Below are positions 53,995 through 61,212 of a stretch of DNA of 64,000 nt, one piece after another. Position numbers and translations under genes: made by a program. The notes under the pieces were generated by a model, which worked only from the letters and a program-made list of their open reading frames with translations, did no database searches and had not been told where the DNA came from. The DNA is taken from assembly GCA_964632415.1 (NCBI GenBank), contig CAZWDM010000002.1, forward strand, positions 3,039 through 67,038, read 5' to 3'. Source of the stretch: an uncultured Dehalococcoidia bacterium. GTDB lineage: Bacteria; Chloroflexota; Dehalococcoidia; Lucifugimonadales; JADFKI01. Position 1 is the stretch's first letter; each line of letters opens with the position of its first letter.

Positions 53995-55176
53995 ATGTCA
54001 ATAAACTATGCGGCGATCGACATGACAATCGATGAAAACCAGGTGATCTACGCGGATTACCAAGCAACGACACCTGTCGACCCACGAGTATTGCGGGTCA
54101 TGGAACCGCATTGGAACATTCGGTTCGGAAACCCGCATTCCAGCGAACACGCCGTTGGTTGGCGGGCAGCAGAATCCGTCAGGACCTCCGCCTCGAAGAT
54201 CGCAGCGCTGATTGGAAGCGATCCCGACGAAATAGTCTTTACTTCCGGCGCAACGGAAGCCAACAATCTCGCCATCATCGGTGTGGCTCATGCGTCATCG
54301 TCGAACCGTAGACGGATCTTAGTGAGTGCAATTGAACACAAATGTGTGTTGGCTTCAGCACGCTATCTCGCGGAGCGCGAAGGCTTCGTCGTCGAGGTTG
54401 TACCGGTCGACGAACGTGGCGTCATCGACATCGATGCGTTGACGGCAGCCTTGGACGATGATGTGTTGATGTGTTCTGTGATGGCAGTGAACAATGAAAT
54501 CGGCACGATCCAAGACGTCGCTCTCATCGGGGAAATGCTCCGAGAACAAGAGGTGATATTCCATTGCGACGCGGCGCAGGCACCGTGTGCAATGGACGTC
54601 GACGAACTCGCGCTGCACGCTGACTTGATCAGTCTGTCAGGGCACAAGATGTACGGTCCTCCTGGTATCGGTGCCTTGTACGTGCGGCGAGATCTGCACG
54701 ACAGCATCGGACCGATTATGCACGGCGGCGGTCAACAGGGAGGATTGCGATCCGGGACTTTGCCAATGCCGTTGTGCGTAGGATTTGCCGCCGCTGCCGA
54801 GATCATGATGACGGCCGAAACCCGGAACGAGCGACGACGTTTAGGCCAACAGCGAGACGCCTTCGTTCAGCAACTGAAATCGAATGGATTGCCGGTAGTC
54901 ATCAATGGCCCACCAAGCGCATCGCGTCATCCTGGCAATGCGAACATCAGATTCGAAGGACAGGACGCACAAGATCTTTTGTCAGCCCTTCAACCCTCTG
55001 TGGCCGCATCAAGCGGTTCGGCCTGCACCTCTGGCATTCCCGAACCGTCGCATGTCCTACGTGCGATTGGATTGACCGACGATCAAGTTGAATCATCGTT
55101 GCGTTTCAGCTTCGGAAGATTTACGAATGACGACGAAATCGAAAGCGCTGCGCAAAGGTGCATTGAGGTCCTTTGA
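53995..55176 (+). CDS. sspA: Cysteine desulfurase (IscS/NifS class, SspA/DndA type)
   Basis: YADYQATTPVD, FTSGATEANNLAI, SLSGHKMYGPPGIGALYVR (PLP Lys), SSGSACTSG (active Cys). ATG 53995 is preferred over the track start at 53953. It is divergent from sspB. Confidence 0.9.
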   Translation: MSINYAAIDMTIDENQVIYADYQATTPVDPRVLRVMEPHWNIRFGNPHSSEHAVGWRAAESVRTSASKIAALIGSDPDEIVFTSGATEANNLAIIGVAHASSSNRRRILVSAIEHKCVLASARYLAEREGFVVEVVPVDERGVIDIDALTAALDDDVLMCSVMAVNNEIGTIQDVALIGEMLREQEVIFHCDAAQAPCAMDVDELALHADLISLSGHKMYGPPGIGALYVRRDLHDSIGPIMHGGGQQGGLRSGTLPMPLCVGFAAAAEIMMTAETRNERRRLGQQRDAFVQQLKSNGLPVVINGPPSASRHPGNANIRFEGQDAQDLLSALQPSVAASSGSACTSGIPEPSHVLRAIGLTDDQVESSLRFSFGRFTNDDEIESAAQRCIEVL

Positions 55177-55247
55177 ACTAGCCGATCGCCGATTGGGACC
55201 TGTTTTTTCGTCCGATTGAAACGGAACGTGGATTGGATATTGCGCCA

Positions 55248-55658
55248 TCAAAACCAGCGTTGCACCGCAGGGACTCTAGGGTAATCGTCCAACATACCCC
55301 TGTCGCCGGATTGGATCACGAAATCGCGGCGGTCTCGGTATAACTGTGCGCGATTCAGTACGTAGTCGACGCCCGGTTTCAGATTGTCCCAGTGGGTCAT
55401 CAACCAATACTTGTATTCTCCGATGAACAGATAAGTATTTTTCCTACGAAAAAACCAACATGTCACACCCTCGCCATTTCGGAAACGCTCGCAAATCAGT
55501 TCGACCAGCTCTCGTTGACAATCGGTTTCAGATAAAACATATTCGTGCGGCCACGTGTCCCGGTAAGTGACCGCTTCTCGCCATGGAGCGCGAGTGATGA
55601 GTTCCGTCAAAGTCGGTTGCATATTTCGATTTCGTCTCGGGTCGTGATTTCGAATCAA
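55248..55658 (-). CDS. Hypothetical protein
   Basis: 136-aa ORF with protein-like composition (TYRDTWPHEYVLSE...YLFIGEYKYWLMTHWD). No family recognised. Confidence 0.45.
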   Translation of the reverse strand: MIRNHDPRRNRNMQPTLTELITRAPWREAVTYRDTWPHEYVLSETDCQRELVELICERFRNGEGVTCWFFRRKNTYLFIGEYKYWLMTHWDNLKPGVDYVLNRAQLYRDRRDFVIQSGDRGMLDDYPRVPAVQRWF

Positions 55659-55923
55659 CCACGCTGACCTAGGGTTGACCGGCTAGGAACTGAATTCTCG
55701 ACGGAATGATATCGGATCCTAAGGATGACGCTCGAATTGGTCTCCCGTTGAAGAATTACGGCGAAAACCTCGTAATTTCAGCTCGGCTCTGGGTCTGGCG
55801 GACAGGCCGCCCGCCATCGGTACGCCCACATCCGGCACCGGCGATTGCATTTCACGCCCGCCCCCCACCAGCCCTAACCAGACTTCAATCAGAACACGTC
55901 TTGCCGATGCGATGATTGAATCG

Positions 55924-56730
55924 TCACCGCCAGATGCCTAAAGTGCAAACCCGGCGCAAGAACTTACTCACCAGCGCTCTTCGCCGCACAACGTGCGCGA
56001 CCGCCATTCTACGCTCGCGGCGTAGCTTCTCGTCTTCGAGATCGAATTTGTCCCACGGGTAGTCCGCCGGCGGCAACGTCAGTCCGTACGTCCCGATCAG
56101 CTCGATCTCGATCTCCAGCAGACGCAGTTCGGCCTCGACTCTCGGCAATCGTTCCTCCGTCGCTCGGAAAACCTCCCTCGCCGCCCGCCACTCGCGCACC
56201 AACGGCGCGGCAGGGCCGAAAAGCTGCTCGTCGCCCTGATCCGAGGCGAGCACAACCATCTTCTCCTGCATTGCCCGGGGTAGCGGCGACGGAAGGTCAA
56301 GCTCTGTTTCCAGCGGTGCGGCAGCGCGTTTCGATTCAAACGCTGCGGTCCGCCGTTCCTCAGATTCGAGAGCGTCGGCGACATCGGTGCGCAGCGCCTC
56401 CATCTCCGATCGAAGCGATTCGTTCATCCCAGAAACTTCTCGTCCGAGCGCCTCGACGCGCTGCTCCAACTCGGCGGCGCGCGAATCCCATTCCTTGCCG
56501 GATGGGCCGACCTCTCTGAGGAGATGGTTTTCCAGCGCGTCCGCCATGCGCCGGGTGAGACGGCCGGCGTTCGCGGCCCTCGCCAACGTCCGGTAGCTGA
56601 CTCCCAGAATCTCCGCCGCCTTGACCCGGCCGTTGCTTTCCACCAGATCGCGGAGCAGAGCCAGCAACCGCAGATGACGCAGATTGTCGACGCTCGGGCT
56701 CCGGGCCGGTCTTTTTGATCCGTCTTTCAT
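55924..56730 (-). CDS. HTH plus coiled-coil regulator, divergent from the T4SS operon
   Basis: NGRVKAAEILGVSYRTLARAANAGRL, then a long Glu/Arg/Leu-rich helical region. Confidence 0.55.
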   Translation of the reverse strand: MKDGSKRPARSPSVDNLRHLRLLALLRDLVESNGRVKAAEILGVSYRTLARAANAGRLTRRMADALENHLLREVGPSGKEWDSRAAELEQRVEALGREVSGMNESLRSEMEALRTDVADALESEERRTAAFESKRAAAPLETELDLPSPLPRAMQEKMVVLASDQGDEQLFGPAAPLVREWRAAREVFRATEERLPRVEAELRLLEIEIELIGTYGLTLPPADYPWDKFDLEDEKLRRERRMAVAHVVRRRALVSKFLRRVCTLGIWR

Positions 56731-56986
56731 CGTTTCGTCCTTCCAGTCGCGTTTCGGCGTTTTCGGCGCGATTCACTCGGTTCACCCAATCGACTCGCCG
56801 AAGCAACTTCTGCAATCCGCGGAGGTGCGACACGCGATCCGTGGAACCAGGGCTGGAGCCAGATGGCTCGAGCTCGTCGATCTGGACGTCGTCAGATCTG
56901 TTCCCGGCAAACCGGATTCCGCTTTGAAACGCCGCCGATCGCGCATCTGCAATGCCGGGCGCAGACGCGCGCACTCTCATGACATC

Positions 56987-57047
56987 ACACGCCTGCGACT
57001 CTTGACAATCCCTCATAAGGGGGGACGCGCGCGTCCCCCCTTATGAG
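56987..57047 (+). repeat. Truncated copy C of the repeat, ending in a 36-bp perfect palindrome
   Basis: ACACGCCTGCGACTCTTGACAATC resembles the 3' part of copies A and B. CTCATAAGGGGGGACGCG|CGCGTCCCCCCTTATGAG (57012-57047) is a perfect palindrome and shares the 17-mer ATAAGGGGGGACGCGCG with copy A. Confidence 0.7.
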
Positions 57048-57124
57048 TCGTTGCGCTCCGGCGCCTCTTCGCCCCACACTGTCTCGGAGCACGTTCACTC
57101 CCCGTCCAAAAGGAGGCGAAGAGG

Positions 57125-57724
57125 ATGAAATTCCTAAACCCGAAAACGAATTTGAAAGCTGCCGCTCTGGTTGCGGTCGCCATCGTGGCGGCCGTCGGCG
57201 TCGGAGAATTCGCGTCGGGCCAGGCGCCGCCGTCCGGCTTGACCCTGGTCAACGCCGACCGTGAATTCGTCGAACGCAAGAAGGAGGGCGAGTTCATCGC
57301 CCGCCCCGTGTTCAACGCTCAGCTCGACATCCTCTTCTACGGCCTGCGGGACGGGGAGACGGGCGACTGGCTGACCGAGATGTACCGGGTCCAGGACGGC
57401 GAGAAGCGTCTGGCGCACGGCTGGGAATACTCCTTCGAGTATCCCGCCCTCGACGATCACCCGGTACTGGATCCGGAACGCGTCTACCTGATGGTGATGC
57501 TCGCCGCTGCGCCCGGTGCGGGGGATCCGACCGATTTCTACACGGTGGTGCCCGTGCACCAGCCGACGGGCCTTTGGGACCGCGTGCTGGGGGCGCTGGA
57601 GCCGGAGAGGTGGGCGAGGGCGTTCGCCGGCTGGATCGTGCAGGCCGCCCACGGTTTCCTGTGCGGGGTGGTCGACCGCGCCGGCGGCGGAGGCGCCGCG
57701 TGCCGAAGGGGGGTCCCGGCGTGA
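57125..57724 (+). CDS. Secreted/exported protein, first gene of the T4SS block
   Basis: Signal-like N-terminus MKFLNPKTNLKAAALVAVAIVAAVGVGEFASGQA with AAGGAGG upstream. The stop overlaps the next start (GTGA). Confidence 0.55.
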   Translation: MKFLNPKTNLKAAALVAVAIVAAVGVGEFASGQAPPSGLTLVNADREFVERKKEGEFIARPVFNAQLDILFYGLRDGETGDWLTEMYRVQDGEKRLAHGWEYSFEYPALDDHPVLDPERVYLMVMLAAAPGAGDPTDFYTVVPVHQPTGLWDRVLGALEPERWARAFAGWIVQAAHGFLCGVVDRAGGGGAACRRGVPA

Positions 57725-58689
57725 GCGACATCATCACCGGAACGCCTCCCGGACTCACCTACGACCACCCGCTCGTGCGCGAGGCATGGACCGTGTCGTG
57801 GATCATCGCGACGGGCGCGCTCGCCGCGATAATCGGCTGGGCCGGTCTGAGCATGATCGTCCAGGAGCATCTGGGACAGATGCGGACCGGCTGGCGCGAG
57901 ATCGTCCCGCGTCTGGTGCTCGGGACAGTGGCGGCCGCGTCGTCGCTGTGGTGGTGCGCGCTCGTGATCGACATCGCCGACGCCGCGTCGGGGTTCATCG
58001 CCGCGTCGCTCGGAGTCACCGTCGGCGATCTCCTGCGAGCGAACGTGGCGACCCTGATGACCGCCGTCGAGGCGGGCACTGTGGGAGTCGCGATCCTCGT
58101 CGCCGTCCTCTATCTCATCTACTGCCTGTTCGTCGTCTACGTGCTGGTGCAGATGGTGGTTCGACTCGCTCTCGTCGACGTGCTGCTCGCCATCGCCCCC
58201 ATCGCGCTCGGCCTCTGGATCCTGCCGCACACGGCCGGATGGGGCCGCCACTGGCTGCGGCTGTTCACTTCCGCCGTGTTCCAGCAGGCGGTCCAGCTCG
58301 TCGCGCTCGCGCTCGGGTTCGGCTTTCTCTCCGAATTCGCGGGCATCGCCACTTTCGAGCCCGTCCGCGACCTCATATGGAAACTGCTCCTGTCGCTCGG
58401 CTTCATCGTCGTGGCGAGCCGAATCCCCTCGATGATGGGCGGCCACAGCACGTTCGACGCGTGGCTGCACACCATCCATTTTGGCGCTTCGCTCCCGACC
58501 ACCGCGTATCGATCCGCCCGATCTTTCGGGCTCATCGCCGGAGGAGCAGCGGGAGGACCGGTCGGCGTAGCAGCCGCGACGGCCGGAGCGGCGGCGGCGA
58601 AGGGGGCGGCATCTGCGGCAGCCGGTTCCTTGGGACCCGCGCCCGGAGCCGCCAACGCAGGGGGAACGCCGCGAAGCAGCGGCGAATGA
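57721..58689 (+). CDS. VirB6/TrbL-like polytopic membrane protein
   Basis: About 6 TM segments and a Gly/Ala-rich tail. The GTG 57721 start is coupled to the upstream stop. The track ORF from 57574 overlaps the previous gene. Confidence 0.55.
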   Translation: MSDIITGTPPGLTYDHPLVREAWTVSWIIATGALAAIIGWAGLSMIVQEHLGQMRTGWREIVPRLVLGTVAAASSLWWCALVIDIADAASGFIAASLGVTVGDLLRANVATLMTAVEAGTVGVAILVAVLYLIYCLFVVYVLVQMVVRLALVDVLLAIAPIALGLWILPHTAGWGRHWLRLFTSAVFQQAVQLVALALGFGFLSEFAGIATFEPVRDLIWKLLLSLGFIVVASRIPSMMGGHSTFDAWLHTIHFGASLPTTAYRSARSFGLIAGGAAGGPVGVAAATAGAAAAKGAASAAAGSLGPAPGAANAGGTPRSSGE

Positions 58690-58764
58690 ATTTTTGATGC
58701 GGGCCGAAGCCCGACAAACAACATGATCCGGGCGAAGGCCCGGGAAAGGAACGGAGATCCAAAA

Positions 58765-59109
58765 ATGGCAGACCTTACACAGACAGTCTCGAACCTGGTG
58801 GGCATCCTCATAGGAATCGTCGGCGTGGTCGGCGCCGGTTTCTTCATATACGGCGCCTACCTCTACCTGACCGCCAGCGGCGCGCCCCACCAGATGGAGC
58901 GCGGGAAGAGCGCGATGATGACCGCGCTCGCCGGCATCGTGCTGGCCCTGGTCGCGTTCGGCGTCGTCGAACTCGTGATGAACGCCGTGGTGGGCGCGCC
59001 GGTGGACGTCCCGCAGCTGCCGGATCCCGACTCCGTCGGCGGAAACGGCGGTGACGGAAACGGCGGTGGCGACGGAACCGGAACCGGCGGTGACGGAGGC
59101 GGCGGTTAA
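58765..59109 (+). CDS. VirB2/TrbC-like pilin candidate
   Basis: MADLTQTVSNLVGILIGIVGVVGAGFFIYGAYLYL...MTALAGIVLALVAFGVVELV gives two TM helices, followed by a Gly/Asp/Asn-rich tail. Confidence 0.45.
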   Translation: MADLTQTVSNLVGILIGIVGVVGAGFFIYGAYLYLTASGAPHQMERGKSAMMTALAGIVLALVAFGVVELVMNAVVGAPVDVPQLPDPDSVGGNGGDGNGGGDGTGTGGDGGGG

Positions 59110-59133
59110 CCCCGGCCGTGAAAGGAGAAACAC

Positions 59134-60888
59134 ATGCAAGAACATGAAGTTCCGACCCATCTGCAGGCCGAGGACAAGCTGCTTCTGGGTCTCACGTTCC
59201 CGCAGATCGTGGCGGCCTGCGCCGTGTGCGCCGTCGCGTACGGAATCTACAGCTACGCGCCGTTCGGACCCGCCGCGGCCCGGATCGCGGTCGCGGTGCT
59301 TTTCGCAGTCATCGGAATCGCCGTCATAGCCGGCAGGCTCGGCGGGCGCAGGCTGCCGCTCGTGGCGGCCGACCTGCTCAAGTACAGATTGGGGGCGAGA
59401 CGCTACGTCGGGGCCCCTGCCGATCTGGTGCGGGAAGTCGACCCGGCGCCGCCGGGCGGCGAATCGAATCTCGCGAAAAGTTTCGGACGAACCGCCCGCA
59501 GGACACGCGTCGCGTTGCGTCGGCGCAGACGACGCTCGAGGAACGGGAGAAGAGCGGTTTTCCGGCCCAGGGAATGGTTCCGTCGGCGCCGGACACGTCC
59601 GGCCGATGGAAGGGGAGGCGCGTCGAGAACATCCCCTGCGGATGGACTCGAAAGGAGACGGAGACGCGCGCCGTGGCGAGGTTTTCTCGGCATCCTGGCC
59701 GCGCTCGTCCTCGCCTCCGCGTCGGCTTTGCCGACTGCGCTCGCCGACGGATCCGGAGAGGGCGAGGAAGACGCGTCGGAGCCGCAGGGCTGGACGTCGC
59801 CCGAGATCGACTTCCAGCCGCCGATTCCCGTCGAAGGGCGGCGCATCTTCGTGGAGCGGCTCGAGGTGTTCGAGGACCGCGCGGTCGTGGACCTGCGCGC
59901 CGCCGCCGGAGTCGAGTTCGCGGCGCGCACATTCACCGGGACGGAGCGCTCTCTGCCCGTCCACCATGCTGCTGCCCGTCTGGAACAGGGCGCGACCGTC
60001 ACGTACGAGACGCCCGTCGGAGGTCCGTCGCCCTCGCTCGTCTTCTCGTGGAAGGACGACTTGGGCTTTTCAGGCGCCGTGGCGCTGAAAGACCGTCAAG
60101 TGCCGCATCCGCTGCCCCAGATCGAGGGCGAGCTGTGCGATCTGCGGCTCCTGTGGGTCAGATGGACCCCGGGCAAAATCGAGGGGTCGGTCGAATCCAG
60201 CTGCGTCCAGCGCATCGAGGAGACGTTCGACATCACCGTCGTGACCGGGCACGCGAGGGTCGATCTGGAAGCAGTGATGCCCGCCGCCGTCGACGCCGTC
60301 GTCGGCAAGCTCAACGTCGAAGGCGGCGGTTCGCACGAACGCTTCCCGTTCATCGCCGACGGCGAAACCGTGTTCGAACTGCCTGCATCGTCCGAAGCGG
60401 GATCGCTGGATCTGACGATAGAGGCGGTCCTTCGGGCGGCACTCACCGTCCCAATGCCGCCGTCCGTGCACCTCACCCACCATCCGGAACGGATCGAACT
60501 GATCACCGGCACTGTTCCCGTCGTATGCCCCGGAACTTCCAAAATCGTCGAAGAAACGGTGGAGATCAAGCTGCCCGACGGCAAGACCCTAAAGCGCGAA
60601 CTGTCCGCCACCCTCACGATCCCTGAATCGGAGCGCGAGGAGACGGTGACCCTCGAGTACCTCCGCGAGGAGCACATCCGAGCCGTTGTTAGAGAAAGGA
60701 CGCCCCAGCCGCGGACGAGGGACGAGGAGATCGTGGCGGAGTTCTCGATCGGAACCGATGATCCGTTCGAAGTCTTCGCTCCCCCGCCCCCGCCTCCGCC
60801 GCCCCAGATCTCGCGCCAGTCCGTCGGGAGTTCCGGCGTTCTGGGAAGGTGGTTCGGAGCGCTCGGCTGGGAATGGCCCTGGCGATGA
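59134..60888 (+). CDS. PrgI/VirB3-like N-terminal domain fused to a large extracytoplasmic region
   Basis: EVPTHLQAEDKLLLGLTFPQIVAACAVCAVAYGIY matches the PrgI/TcpE-like start. An Arg-rich linker, a third TM, ~330 aa of unknown domain and a poly-Pro stretch follow. Confidence 0.55.
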   Translation: MQEHEVPTHLQAEDKLLLGLTFPQIVAACAVCAVAYGIYSYAPFGPAAARIAVAVLFAVIGIAVIAGRLGGRRLPLVAADLLKYRLGARRYVGAPADLVREVDPAPPGGESNLAKSFGRTARRTRVALRRRRRRSRNGRRAVFRPREWFRRRRTRPADGRGGASRTSPADGLERRRRRAPWRGFLGILAALVLASASALPTALADGSGEGEEDASEPQGWTSPEIDFQPPIPVEGRRIFVERLEVFEDRAVVDLRAAAGVEFAARTFTGTERSLPVHHAAARLEQGATVTYETPVGGPSPSLVFSWKDDLGFSGAVALKDRQVPHPLPQIEGELCDLRLLWVRWTPGKIEGSVESSCVQRIEETFDITVVTGHARVDLEAVMPAAVDAVVGKLNVEGGGSHERFPFIADGETVFELPASSEAGSLDLTIEAVLRAALTVPMPPSVHLTHHPERIELITGTVPVVCPGTSKIVEETVEIKLPDGKTLKRELSATLTIPESEREETVTLEYLREEHIRAVVRERTPQPRTRDEEIVAEFSIGTDDPFEVFAPPPPPPPPQISRQSVGSSGVLGRWFGALGWEWPWR

Positions 60889-61196
60889 CAGTCGCACGTT
60901 TGGCAGTCGCCGCTGCGGCTGCCCTGTCCGCGGTCGCCGCGGCGCCGGGCGAGGAGAGGCAGATGCTCGAAGCGTTCGAGAACGCGCTCGAAGCCATGAC
61001 CGGCGTCGCGGGCGCGCTGTGCGTGTTCGCCCTGGTCTGGGCCGGTTTCACGGCGATGGCCGACGGCGCCGATGCCAGGGGAGGCCGCGCCCGAAACGCG
61101 GCGGTGCTCGCGATCGTGGGACTCGCGCTGGTCCTGTCGGCCCGGGGCGTGGCGGCTCTCATCAGCGCAGGTGCGGTGCCCGTCCCGCCCGCCTAG
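60873..61196 (+). CDS. Second small two-TM pilin-like protein
   Basis: Signal/TM ALAMTVARLAVAAAAALSAVAAAPG, then GALCVFALVWAGFTAM and AVLAIVGLALVL. The start is ambiguous (60849, 60873 or 60885). Confidence 0.4.
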   Translation: MALAMTVARLAVAAAAALSAVAAAPGEERQMLEAFENALEAMTGVAGALCVFALVWAGFTAMADGADARGGRARNAAVLAIVGLALVLSARGVAALISAGAVPVPPA

Positions 61197-61212
61197 AAAA
61201 CAGGAGAAAGCA

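Noticed and set aside
59041-59109. A short tandem GGN/GAC-rich repeat that looks array-like at the nucleotide level. A similar GGNGGH repeat occurs in the ssb tail near 30040-30090.
   Set aside because: These are in-frame Gly/Asp/Asn or Gly/His/Asn low-complexity protein tails, not CRISPR or other non-coding arrays.
57538-59967. An 809-aa minus-strand ORF, plus 60096-61598 and 61162-62859 minus-strand ORFs, opposite the T4SS genes.
   Set aside because: These are high-GC shadow ORFs. The plus-strand frames show TM helices, Walker motifs and coupled start/stop junctions.
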